In this document: positions 38,854-48,115 of the stretch, piece after piece | Layout of the letters: each line of letters opens with the position of its first letter | How positions within the stretch are numbered: the first letter of the stretch is position 1 | From: a virus | Taxonomy: Duplodnaviria > Caudoviricetes | DNA: 64,000 nt | IMG/VR virus record: IMGVR_UViG_3300044616_000676 | Location: 33-64,032 of that record | Strand: one strand, 5' to 3' | The notes under the pieces: model-generated | What the model was told of the DNA's origin: nothing | Seen by the model: the letters and a program-made list of their open reading frames with translations, nothing else | Databases searched by the model: none | Made by a program: the position numbers and the translations under genes

Positions 38854-39078
38854 TTAGTATTTAAGAGCTTCTTGAACTCGTTTCATATAAAGGTCGGCTG
38901 AATACCAGCGTTCGTCAACTTGGGCGCGATAAAGTCCTTGTTTCGTCTGGATCGTTGTTCCGGCTTGGATTTCCAGCGTGTCCGGCGAGTAAAGTTGCAT
39001 TGAGCCTTCGACGGTGGGTAAGCGCGATACGCAAGCGGTCAGCAATAGCGCGATCATTAGGAGTGCCAGCCTGTTCAT
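38854..39078 (-). CDS. lipoprotein, putative o-spanin (Rz1-like)
   Basis: Signal MNRLALLMIALL plus lipobox LTAC; overlaps the upstream ORF in another frame. Confidence 0.65.
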   Translation of the reverse strand: MNRLALLMIALLLTACVSRLPTVEGSMQLYSPDTLEIQAGTTIQTKQGLYRAQVDERWYSADLYMKRVQEALKY

Positions 39079-39205
39079 ATTGTAGAATCTTATCTGTGAG
39101 TTCTTCACAGTCCTTTGTCAACTTCCATGTTAGCCACAACGGGAATGCCCTAGAAGCGGCTGAAAAGCCCTCAAAAGCAGCCGTTATAGCAGCAAGAAGC
39201 GTCAT
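38915..39205 (-). CDS. putative i-spanin (Rz-like)
   Basis: Hydrophobic N-terminus and helical body; overlaps the lipoprotein gene and follows the holin. Confidence 0.5.
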   Translation of the reverse strand: MTLLAAITAAFEGFSAASRAFPLWLTWKLTKDCEELTDKILQYEQAGTPNDRAIADRLRIALTHRRRLNATLLAGHAGNPSRNNDPDETRTLSRPS

Positions 39206-39381
39206 TTCTTGTCAATGACGTTAAGGCCAATGTGTTTGAGGAGGCCGATGATCTTCTCAAGAATTGAGTCGTCTTTAGGAGTCGGGGTCAATTTTACAAT
39301 GATACGGGCAGCACCCATAATCAGACCAATAGCCGCACCGATTTCCACCCAATGATTTGCAACGTAGTTCACAATGTTCAT
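39202..39381 (-). CDS. holin-like small membrane protein
   Basis: TM segment followed by the A..IVKLTPTPKDD motif. Confidence 0.7.
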   Translation of the reverse strand: MNIVNYVANHWVEIGAAIGLIMGAARIIVKLTPTPKDDSILEKIIGLLKHIGLNVIDKK

Positions 39382-39385
39382 AGCA

Positions 39386-39820
39386 TTATTCTTTGTTTTT
39401 GAGGGATTTAGAGAATTTAGCAGCACTCACCCCCTTTAGGGCATCTAGCGACAAATTTTGGAACTTGTCTAGCGAATTTCGTTGGTCAGCTCGCATCTCC
39501 GTAATGTTCGCGTCCATCTGGTTCAACAGATTGGTTAGCTTTTCCAGACAATCAGAAAACCTGTTCAATGTAGAAAGCCCCTTCCCCCAGACCGCCCGAA
39601 GGATCAAGGCGATAAAGGCTGCTAGAGCTACAATGAACATAATCAAAACGACATGGAGGGGCTGAAGGGCAAGTTCTTCCGGGGAAATCACGGCCATCTT
39701 TGTATAACACCCATACGCTGTGGTAGCAAGTATTCCTAACCCAGAAATGCAAGCTCCGGCTATATTATAGCCTAATGCAACGGGTAGATCAAAACTTTGG
39801 GGGTCAAAAAAGATTTTCAT
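39386..39820 (-). CDS. two-TM membrane protein with coiled-coil (holin/antiholin-like)
   Basis: Two hydrophobic stretches then heptads; first gene of the lysis region. Confidence 0.55.
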   Translation of the reverse strand: MKIFFDPQSFDLPVALGYNIAGACISGLGILATTAYGCYTKMAVISPEELALQPLHVVLIMFIVALAAFIALILRAVWGKGLSTLNRFSDCLEKLTNLLNQMDANITEMRADQRNSLDKFQNLSLDALKGVSAAKFSKSLKNKE

Positions 39821-39966
39821 GGCTCAAAAGTTGCTTTTTCTTTTTGAAGTGCATCGGACACAATCTGCATGGCTTGAAGAAACCGACTGAACTCCGGTGG
39901 AGTCAGCGTCAGCTTTTGGCTGGCAAGGATTTGGTCAATGACTGAAAAGGCTTGGATGGGGTTCAT
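39817..39966 (-). CDS. small hypothetical protein (49 aa)
   Basis: ATGA-coupled at both ends. Confidence 0.55.
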   Translation of the reverse strand: MNPIQAFSVIDQILASQKLTLTPPEFSRFLQAMQIVSDALQKEKATFEP

Positions 39967-40220
39967 GGGAGTTTGCTGGCAATGGTTTGCTCAATGGTTT
40001 CAATGAGATTAACCCGTTCCTCATACGGCAGGGATTTAGCGGCTGCAACCAAACGAGAAGAGGCTGCATTAAAATCCGCTTCGACATAGGAAGCGATTTC
40101 CGCATTGAGAGAGCGCAAAAGATAGTCTTGCTCGGTCAACGGCGGCTCATTGATTTGAGCGCGTTTGGTGAGGCTGGCAGATTGCTCTGCGTTAAGATTC
40201 AAGGTGATGGTGAGGTTCAT
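39963..40220 (-). CDS. hypothetical protein (possible fibre chaperone)
   Basis: Immediately downstream of the tail fibre. Confidence 0.5.
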   Translation of the reverse strand: MNLTITLNLNAEQSASLTKRAQINEPPLTEQDYLLRSLNAEIASYVEADFNAASSRLVAAAKSLPYEERVNLIETIEQTIASKLP

Positions 40221-40228
40221 GGGGTAAA

Positions 40229-42550
40229 TTAAGCATTAGCGATTGTGGTGACGGTGCCGGAGCTGCCGCGATATTTCAAAGCGCCAGCCTCAACATACAG
40301 GATGCCGCCCCCGGTTGGATTGGTGGTTGGGACGGTGGTTGCATTGCCAAGGAAAAGGACGCCACTGCCGCCGCCGTAGGAGCCTGACGAAGCAAGCATG
40401 AAAGTGTTGAAGGTCGTGGCTTCAAAACCCATACGGTCCACGCTGTCCGTGCCGAGCATGAGTTGTCGGGCTGTGCCGCCGCCACTGCCCTTGATCGTGC
40501 GGATCTTGCCAATGTTGCTGTTACCGACCCAGCCAACCTCTAGCTCTTCTTTGTTGGTGAAGCTGGTGTAAGTGTTAGCGATGCTGAAAGTTTGCGCGGA
40601 GGTGCCATTGCGCTCAACCAAGCGGCCTGTTCCATCGTTGTTGCCAAAGAGTTGAGTGTTGCTGCCCCAATTCAGCGCGGATGATCCTAAACCTACTATT
40701 CCAGATTGGATAGTCGCATGAACGCTGCCGCCCACCCAAAAATCGACTCGATCTGCTGCCACACGCATACCATTTCCGGTGTTACCTACGGCAGTGAATT
40801 GAGGTGCAGAACCGCCTGTTACACCTTGGAAAGTGCCTGTGCTGGCTGTCAAAATCACATTGGGCGCGGTTTGATTGCCCGTGAACGTATTCGCCCCCAA
40901 GATCGCTAAGGTGCCACTGGCACTCATCGCGTTGGCAAGACTAGCGGCTACGTTGGTGCCAAGACCAGAAACGCCTGTGCTAATAGGTAGTCCGGTGCAG
41001 CTTGTTAGCGTGCCGCCAGAGGGTGTTCCAAGTGCTCCACCATTCACAACGAAAGCACCAGAGTTGCCGGGAGTGACAGTCAAAGCAGACAAGACGCCAG
41101 AACCGGTGTTGGTTGCGGCGATGCTATTGCTGGCCCCCACGCTCAAGATGGAGTTCTGCGACGCATAGACACTGAAGGCATTGATTAATGAAGGGCCGTT
41201 GTAGGTGTAAACCCAAGTTGTCCCATTGAACAAGAAGTCTGCATACAACGGAGCGTTCAGCGGCGCAAAGAATTGAAGATTGCTGGCCGTGCCGTTGATC
41301 GTATTGCCGTTCCTTGCAATCGTGAGCGGACGCGGAGCACTGCCAATCGCTTGAGTTTGGATGCGAATCCAATCGCCGCTGGCTGGGCTTGCAGGCAGCG
41401 TCAGCGTCATGTCTGGACTTGCCCCATCGGATATGCGAGCCAGATAGGACCTATTGCTGACAAGCGTGGTGTCAACCGTGATGACTTCAGTGTTGAGTTC
41501 CAAGGTCAGTCGTGCAGCAGATGCGCTCGCATCGTCAATCAGCGTGCGTCCAAAGGCAGACAAATCCGTAACCGCTGCCGTGCCTGCGCCTGTGAAATAG
41601 GGCAGCTTGTCAGCCGCACTGGTAAGGCCAGCTAGGGCATTGAGATTGGCATTTGCTGTCTGATACACCCAATTTACACGAATGAATAAAGTGCCGTTAT
41701 TAGGATGAGCATGAACCACTGCCGCCACTTGAACAATACCACCTGTGGTCGGGGCCACATTGGTTAAACTACCACTGGTGTTGCCAGCGTAAAGGATGTC
41801 GCCATCCACCCAAGTTTGCGAATAGTTACCACCGTTGGTTTGAATGCCGCGCAGTTTGCCGAAAGCAATGACAAAACCTTCATCTCCATTTGCCAGCGAT
41901 TCTGCCGTCAACCCCATAAAGTAAGTCGCCGGACCCGTGCCATTCCAAGGTTGGATGAGTAGCTTCCCACTATTTCCAGTCGTTCCAGCAAACATAACTG
42001 GAACACCTTTGGCAATCGGGCTTCCAGTCGAATTTTTCACATGAAAAACCAAATGCTCACCAACATGGAGAACAAAACCATTGAGCTGAATATCAACGGT
42101 TTCTTCGTCCACATTCCACATGGCTTGGCCTTGAGTGGTCAAACTGCCAGTTGGGGTGGTATCAAAAGCGAGACTATTGACAGCAGCTAGATCGCCAGTG
42201 CCAGACTCGGTAATGACGCCATTCTGAACCAATTTCCCGGTTGTCCCATCAAATCGGACCAAGGCATTATCTGTCGCACTAGCTGGACCAGCCACATCAC
42301 CGCTTCCAGTCGAATTGATGGTGATGCTATCGGCAGAAGGGTTTGTGGTGATGCTGATATTCGTTCCAGCAATAAAGGTAAGCGTGTCATCCGTAGAATC
42401 TGCCACCACATTCCCTTGTCCTGCTACGGCGAACGTATTGAATACATTTTGAGCAGAGCCAGAGCTTACCGTTACCACAATGGAGCCATCCGCCGTTACT
42501 TCGACTGTTGGCGAGGCATCTCCAGTAACAGTAATAGATTGCTGACTCAT
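40229..42550 (-). CDS. tail fibre protein
   Basis: GDV.GPASATDNA.VRFDGTTGKL.Q, LTSAADKLPYFTG.GTA.VTDL.AFGR.L.DD, TLTLPASP..GD and GALKYRGSSGTVT modules. Confidence 0.85.
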   Translation of the reverse strand: MSQQSITVTGDASPTVEVTADGSIVVTVSSGSAQNVFNTFAVAGQGNVVADSTDDTLTFIAGTNISITTNPSADSITINSTGSGDVAGPASATDNALVRFDGTTGKLVQNGVITESGTGDLAAVNSLAFDTTPTGSLTTQGQAMWNVDEETVDIQLNGFVLHVGEHLVFHVKNSTGSPIAKGVPVMFAGTTGNSGKLLIQPWNGTGPATYFMGLTAESLANGDEGFVIAFGKLRGIQTNGGNYSQTWVDGDILYAGNTSGSLTNVAPTTGGIVQVAAVVHAHPNNGTLFIRVNWVYQTANANLNALAGLTSAADKLPYFTGAGTAAVTDLSAFGRTLIDDASASAARLTLELNTEVITVDTTLVSNRSYLARISDGASPDMTLTLPASPASGDWIRIQTQAIGSAPRPLTIARNGNTINGTASNLQFFAPLNAPLYADFLFNGTTWVYTYNGPSLINAFSVYASQNSILSVGASNSIAATNTGSGVLSALTVTPGNSGAFVVNGGALGTPSGGTLTSCTGLPISTGVSGLGTNVAASLANAMSASGTLAILGANTFTGNQTAPNVILTASTGTFQGVTGGSAPQFTAVGNTGNGMRVAADRVDFWVGGSVHATIQSGIVGLGSSALNWGSNTQLFGNNDGTGRLVERNGTSAQTFSIANTYTSFTNKEELEVGWVGNSNIGKIRTIKGSGGGTARQLMLGTDSVDRMGFEATTFNTFMLASSGSYGGGSGVLFLGNATTVPTTNPTGGGILYVEAGALKYRGSSGTVTTIANA

Positions 42551-42915
42551 GTGATCGAAGTGTAATTGGCTAGAACTTCTGCGCTGCCTTCAAGTGGAGT
42601 AAAGACATAGCCGGGATTGGAATTGTCCTCAGTTTCAATCTGCCAGAAGTATTTACCAACAGGCAGTTTATACCTTCCCGGATTGATCGTGAAAGTCCAG
42701 TTGACTGCACTTGTGATCGTGATGTCGCTGTTTGCCGTAGTAAGCTCTAAAGCCGGAACGGTGTTTTGCGGACTTGTCTTAAAGCCCATCTTGACCGATG
42801 CAAGATCGCCGGGAGCCAACGGATTCTGAATGGTAATGGATGGAAAACCATTCCAAGTGTCACCAGACACCCAGACGACCATCGCGTTGACTTCTGGCGA
42901 GTTTGCAGGGCGCAT
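42547..42915 (-). CDS. BppU-like/baseplate upper small beta protein
   Basis: GDT....I....DL, G.Y...IE, T.LEG pattern; precedes the fibre. Confidence 0.55.
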   Translation of the reverse strand: MRPANSPEVNAMVVWVSGDTWNGFPSITIQNPLAPGDLASVKMGFKTSPQNTVPALELTTANSDITITSAVNWTFTINPGRYKLPVGKYFWQIETEDNSNPGYVFTPLEGSAEVLANYTSIT

Positions 42916-42929
42916 GAAGATATGGCGAT

Positions 42930-43097
42930 TTATGCAACCAGCGAGCGCAACTGGTTGATAGTGGATTGAGTGGTCATAATATCCGCATCAAGCAGTTGCA
43001 CCAAAGTAATGTCTCCACGCTGCTCGGCAGAGCTACGTTGCTGAGTGTAGTGCGAAATGCGGTTTTCGAGAAGGACGATGAGCTGTTGGGGTGTCAT
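42930..43097 (-). CDS. small helical protein (55 aa, MTPQQLIVLLENR...)
   Basis: Fills the gap between structural genes. Confidence 0.55.
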   Translation of the reverse strand: MTPQQLIVLLENRISHYTQQRSSAEQRGDITLVQLLDADIMTTQSTINQLRSLVA

Positions 43098-43108
43098 GGG
43101 GAGGAGAA

Positions 43109-46100
43109 TTATTGAGCGGCAAAGCCTTGAGCAGACAAGAATACAGCGCCAGCTCCAGAAGCGGTGGCTGTTTGCACAAGCAAATTGGTATTAACCGATC
43201 CACGAAGGGGGGCCGGGAATACAATTTGACCCGCTGGGCGTCCAGTTGTGGGAATGCGCGTTTGCCATAGCACCTTTTGGAAGGTGGCGGTCACACCCGT
43301 TCCTGAAATTGCCAACGTGGAACCACCGCGAGTTGCAGAAAGCGTAATCGTGGTAGTAGCGGGCGTTGTTAAAACAAAGTAAGTCACGCCAGTTGAGATG
43401 CCAGTCACCGTTGACGCTGTAAATACTACCGCATCACCAATACGAAGGTTGTGAGTGGTCGAGACGGTAAGCGTGTTTGAAGCGATTGTTTGGGACGAGC
43501 AAGTAAGGTCAGGCTCGCGGATACGGAGGTCAGTAGCGTTGGTGAGAGTTTCAGATAGCAGATCAATGCTGGTGACATAGTTGCAAAGCGATGCGCCAGC
43601 CGCTTCTTTAATTTGAAAGCTCGTTGTCGTGTTTGCAATACCACCAATCGGTGCTGGAGTTTGCCACGAAACTTCAGGTATTGAGTAAGGATGTGTGACC
43701 GTAGCAGCACCCGCTGTCATGGTGATACGAGCAGCATCGCCAGCAACAAGGGTTGTTGGTGCCATCGCTGTGCGAACCACACCGCCGACCACAAGAGGGT
43801 TTGCGCCAGCCGCAGCATCTTCGGCAGCACCGCCGCCGGTAATCGCTGAAACGGTCGAAACCGTAGTCACGGTGCCGGAAGAAATAGTGACCGCTGGAGT
43901 GTTTTGCACCGCAACAGGAGCGGCAGCGGCAATGTCACCCGTGGGGCGAGCCAACATTTCAACACGCAGACGATCATAGTCAAAAATGCGAACATAGCTC
44001 AAACGAAGGTCGGTGCGGCGAACAAGGCCACCACCAGCATTTGTAACTGCAAAATCAGCAGGGAGGCTGCGCTGTCCAGAAAACGGCAGAACCAGAACAA
44101 GGGTGGTCGTGGCAAGGTTGGCAACCTTCCAAGGTCCATCAACGCCAAGCGAAGCAGAACCAACCGCATCGGCACGCACACCGATAAGTTCAACCAGATC
44201 ACCAATGACTGCGCCAGCCCAAGTGCCAGAGCCAACAAGGGTCAACTGACGAGTCCCATCTGAGAGAGTGGACAATGTGGCAGTGGAAACAACTTGGGTG
44301 ATAGCTCCGGGAAGGGCGTTTTGACCCAAAATTTTAGAAATAAATCCACCGCGAGTTGTGGCAGTTACGGCAGCACCCCACACAACGGTAAAGGTTGTAG
44401 CGTCCACAACAGAAGCCACCGCAGCAGCAGTGGTTAAGTTGGCAAAGTTCGTCTGGTCGCGTGTGCCATAAGCAACAATCAAATCACCAACCGTCAGGCC
44501 ATGAGCCGTTGCGGTGGTTACAGTTGCCGTGGTAGTGCCAGATTTTACTGCTGTAATGATTTGAGCGCCCGGAACCGTCAATGAGCGGTTGTTGTTGGCA
44601 CGAATACGCAATTCATAAGAAGCAGTTGGATCGGGGCAAACTTGGGTTCGCACCAAACGATTTGTGGATTGAGCTACCGCATCCACAGCGGAATCAGACC
44701 ATTGAGTGCGGTCAGATTGAATCACCATACGGAACTCATTTGTAGGCGTAAATGAGTAGGTATATGGAACAGAACCCGCAATCTGAATGGAAGCAGTCGT
44801 TCCAATAGTTGCGCTTTGGTTGCCTGCAACTGTTCCAGAAGGAAGCGCATCTCCACTTTCACTGCGAATATAAAGAGAGGCGTTTGTAGCTGTGGCGTTC
44901 TCAAAAATCTGAGAGATACCGTTTTGCGCTTGCCCAAGTCGGCTGCGAGAAAAAATCACGGGGCTAAGGGCAAAAATGCCCGTTGCACCGACATCTGTAA
45001 AGGTAACAGCAGAAGTGCCAACGGTGGCAACGGAAGCCGCAAGAATATACTTGCGAAGAGCTTGTGCGGTCCCGGCTGTTACATGGACGGCTACTGCGTT
45101 AGGGACGCCTGAAACAACCGTCATTTCAGCGGCGGTATCAAAATCTACTGCGCGGGTAAGAACCCAAGGAGTCGAAACGCTACCAGCAGTAGTCAGAACA
45201 TAAACACCGTTATTGGCAGTGGCGACTTCGTTTTTCACCAAAAGACGACTACCAACCGAAAGGGCAACTCCATCTTGAGCTGGGAATGCACCATTCGCTG
45301 AAGCAGTCAAAGTGGCACCAACACCAGATGCACCGTTGGCATAAGCATTTGCAGGTAGCGCAGCCGTAGTTGCGGCTGCTACAATGCCGAGATACGATTG
45401 AGTGGACGGGATTGTTCCACCCGGACCAGCCGTAACCGTAAATTGAGTTGGGCTAGTAACAGTTGCAACAACCAATGATGGGTAGGATACGCGAGTATCA
45501 AAAGAATTAGCTATGCCGATTGCTCGCCCCGGAGAAAGCAAGTGTGGAACAGTCGTATCAATCGTGAGGGTTGTGCCAGTTTGATACAACGAAACGATTG
45601 GAATATCTGCCGGAACAGGAATGGGCGATCCAGTGTCAACCACTTCAATCGAAAACTCTTGGCCCAAGGTTCTTTGGGACATTGAGGCTCCAATGCCAGT
45701 TTCAATCGGCATGGCAAATTGAGGGATGGACTCAATCGTGGTTTGAGTATCAGCAACCAAGGGGCTTTTGGAAACCACTAGATAACTGGCAGCAGCGGCA
45801 TTTCCGTCCACATAAACCAAATCACCACTAGCAAGGCTTTGATTCCAATTTGTTCCGGGAGTGTAATTTTCAAACGCATCACGGAACTTCGTTGTGATAT
45901 TGGAAGCAGAATTGACCTCAATGGGGTTCGTGATGCTCGAAACCGTAATAGGGTTGGTCACCGTGACATCGCCATCAGAGGAATTGCCAGCAGCAACCAC
46001 CAACTGTCGCAGGAGAGGAACAGTATCGTAAGCAATAAAACCCTGTGGGATACCAAGATTATCGAGGGCAGATTGGATTTTAGCGGGAGATGCAATGTTA

Positions 46101-46111
46101 GAACCACTCAT
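43109..46111 (-). CDS. large Thr/Ala/Gly-rich fibre/decoration protein with repeated beta domains
   Basis: Repeated T...HGL..GD.....TTFTV units and a DGV.L..G.R.LVKN.....NG.Y...W.LTRA.DFD module. Confidence 0.75.
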   Translation of the reverse strand: MSGSNIASPAKIQSALDNLGIPQGFIAYDTVPLLRQLVVAAGNSSDGDVTVTNPITVSSITNPIEVNSASNITTKFRDAFENYTPGTNWNQSLASGDLVYVDGNAAAASYLVVSKSPLVADTQTTIESIPQFAMPIETGIGASMSQRTLGQEFSIEVVDTGSPIPVPADIPIVSLYQTGTTLTIDTTVPHLLSPGRAIGIANSFDTRVSYPSLVVATVTSPTQFTVTAGPGGTIPSTQSYLGIVAAATTAALPANAYANGASGVGATLTASANGAFPAQDGVALSVGSRLLVKNEVATANNGVYVLTTAGSVSTPWVLTRAVDFDTAAEMTVVSGVPNAVAVHVTAGTAQALRKYILAASVATVGTSAVTFTDVGATGIFALSPVIFSRSRLGQAQNGISQIFENATATNASLYIRSESGDALPSGTVAGNQSATIGTTASIQIAGSVPYTYSFTPTNEFRMVIQSDRTQWSDSAVDAVAQSTNRLVRTQVCPDPTASYELRIRANNNRSLTVPGAQIITAVKSGTTTATVTTATAHGLTVGDLIVAYGTRDQTNFANLTTAAAVASVVDATTFTVVWGAAVTATTRGGFISKILGQNALPGAITQVVSTATLSTLSDGTRQLTLVGSGTWAGAVIGDLVELIGVRADAVGSASLGVDGPWKVANLATTTLVLVLPFSGQRSLPADFAVTNAGGGLVRRTDLRLSYVRIFDYDRLRVEMLARPTGDIAAAAPVAVQNTPAVTISSGTVTTVSTVSAITGGGAAEDAAAGANPLVVGGVVRTAMAPTTLVAGDAARITMTAGAATVTHPYSIPEVSWQTPAPIGGIANTTTSFQIKEAAGASLCNYVTSIDLLSETLTNATDLRIREPDLTCSSQTIASNTLTVSTTHNLRIGDAVVFTASTVTGISTGVTYFVLTTPATTTITLSATRGGSTLAISGTGVTATFQKVLWQTRIPTTGRPAGQIVFPAPLRGSVNTNLLVQTATASGAGAVFLSAQGFAAQ

Positions 46112-46158
46112 GGGAGATAGTTAGGTTAAAATTGAACAAAAAACAATGGAATTGATGA

Positions 46159-46563
46159 CTATTTAGTCATCCTCATTTTGCCTTCACGAAACTTACGAAT
46201 CGAGGCCATCAAGCCTTCGCCTTCGTCTTCTTCTTCGCCGCCAGTTTCGCGGAAGGTTTCTTCGGCGGCTTCATCAGATGCCTCGTCAGCACCCTCAGTT
46301 TCTTCTTCTCCACTTTCTTCCTCAACGGTTTCCTCGGCCTGTTCAGGCTCTTCGGTTTCCATTTCGGGTTCGGGTTCGGAAGCAAATTCAAAGCCATCAG
46401 CAGACTTGAGCTGAAGCTGGTCACCCACCTTGTGAGCCTTGACCAAAATTTCAAATTCTTCTCCATCTTTTTTGTTTTCAGGGACTTTGAAGCCAGCGGG
46501 AATTGGGATGAGAACTCCCTTTTCGGAAGGTTCTTCAGCGATGATGAGGGAAGGGAGTTTCAT
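46159..46563 (-). CDS. acidic protein downstream of the capsid gene
   Basis: Glu-rich ORF. Confidence 0.65.
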   Translation of the reverse strand: MKLPSLIIAEEPSEKGVLIPIPAGFKVPENKKDGEEFEILVKAHKVGDQLQLKSADGFEFASEPEPEMETEEPEQAEETVEEESGEEETEGADEASDEAAEETFRETGGEEEDEGEGLMASIRKFREGKMRMTK

Positions 46564-46585
46564 AGGGGAAAATGTATTAATGTGG

Positions 46586-46621
46586 AAAACCAGCCTCCGC
46601 CCGACTTGAGCGGAGGCTGGG
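46586..46621 (-). terminator. rho-independent terminator after the major capsid gene
   Basis: CCAGCCTCCGC/GCGGAGGCTGG stem followed by TTTT on the minus strand. Confidence 0.75.
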
Positions 46622-46632
46622 TTGAGGGTTTA

Positions 46633-47808
46633 TTAGTATGCAGGGCAGACCGTTCCGGTCACAGCGGTGCAACGCTTCACCATGAGGGCGTAAGCATAGC
46701 GGCGCTTGACGGTGGGTTTCCAGCCAGCAACCATCCAAGCCCACCAGCGACCATTGTTCTCAAGCGGGTTGAGAGTTTCGTTGGCGATATTGCGCCAGAC
46801 GATCTCACCGTTGTAGTTCGGAGCAAGGAACTTGGTGTCCTCACCGACCGTGGAACGGGAAGGTGGAGTCTGACGGATGACGGCTTCTGGATGCCACAGG
46901 TAGATGACTTCGTAGCCAGCGGTCAGGTATGCCGGATTCACGATGCTTTGCGTGCCGATAGTGGCAGCAGCGGTCGTGTAGTAAGGAACCTGAACGTAAG
47001 CACCGTTCACGAAGTTGTAGCGAGGCATACGATAGTCGATGCAGTGCATGAAACCGCCATAAGGACGGTCAACACCCCAAGACTGAAGGAGCTGAGCGCC
47101 TTCGTAGCCTTTGCCCATCTGAGCGAAGCGGAAGTCCTCACGGACGGAAGCCGAACCCTTGATGATTTGGCGGTGAGCTTCAGGCGACATGATTGCCGTG
47201 ACGAGCGCAGCACCATTGGACATAGCGTAAGGCTCTTCGCCGCCACCGTCCTGCATGATACGGTCCCAAAGAGGATCAAGCTGATCCTGAGAGGCCATAT
47301 ATTCAGCGGGGGTGTTCGGGAACGTGCTGCCGCTACCTTCCGTTTGGGAGGTGTTGTTGATGATCTTGGTGCCAGCGTAATACTGGAACCAGTATTTAGA
47401 ACGATCTTCCCAAGTATCAACGATGGTGTCGCTGAAGTTGGCGCGGATGTTCTTGACCTGCTCTTCAAACAGATAACCAAATTGGGCATCCGTAAGACAG
47501 ATGGTGGCCGAGTTGGTCATGTTCTGCTCGATCTGGTAAGCCTCCGTGCTGAGAGCAGGAGACACACTCGATGGGTCGGGCGTGCAGTTGTTATTGCTTC
47601 CATCGGGTTGAGTAACCTGAACCCATCCAGCACCACCAGTAGGGTTGGAGCGAAGGGTGTTGACGGTTACGGGGTTAAAGCCGATTCCAAGAGGAAAGTT
47701 TTCCTTCTGGATAAGGGCTGCGACACGGCCTTTGGCACGCATCAGGCGACGAACACGTCCTTCAAGACGGCTTGCATCATAAGCAAATTGTTCGGAGAGT
47801 GAGGGCAT
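46633..47808 (-). CDS. major capsid protein
   Basis: ~391 aa; follows portal and scaffold; strongly biased codons; followed by a terminator. Confidence 0.75.
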   Translation of the reverse strand: MPSLSEQFAYDASRLEGRVRRLMRAKGRVAALIQKENFPLGIGFNPVTVNTLRSNPTGGAGWVQVTQPDGSNNNCTPDPSSVSPALSTEAYQIEQNMTNSATICLTDAQFGYLFEEQVKNIRANFSDTIVDTWEDRSKYWFQYYAGTKIINNTSQTEGSGSTFPNTPAEYMASQDQLDPLWDRIMQDGGGEEPYAMSNGAALVTAIMSPEAHRQIIKGSASVREDFRFAQMGKGYEGAQLLQSWGVDRPYGGFMHCIDYRMPRYNFVNGAYVQVPYYTTAAATIGTQSIVNPAYLTAGYEVIYLWHPEAVIRQTPPSRSTVGEDTKFLAPNYNGEIVWRNIANETLNPLENNGRWWAWMVAGWKPTVKRRYAYALMVKRCTAVTGTVCPAY

Positions 47809-48115
47809 GTGTGTAGATGATTTGGATTTTGCGGTGCTGCATACCATTCTCGACGCAGCAAAGAGTTGCCCGCACAGTGCGGGACTTGCTGGACGATTGG
47901 CGAGCTATCCAATCAGGGTTTGGCCCTTGTTATTGCTCCTAGAAACCGTTATTGATACTTGAGCAAAGTATCCCGAACGATGGCGGATTTTTAACTCAAT
48001 TAAAGTATTGGCATCAAACAAAAATCTTGCAAGTGGTTTTTTTGTATGATACAAAAACAAAGCCGCAATGGACTGCAATCCAAAGCGGCTTCTAACCTCA
48101 GAACACACCACAATT

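Noticed and set aside
46432-47802. 456-aa + strand ORF antisense to the capsid gene
   Set aside because: Shadow ORF expected from the capsid's codon bias; no recognisable motifs or initiation signals.
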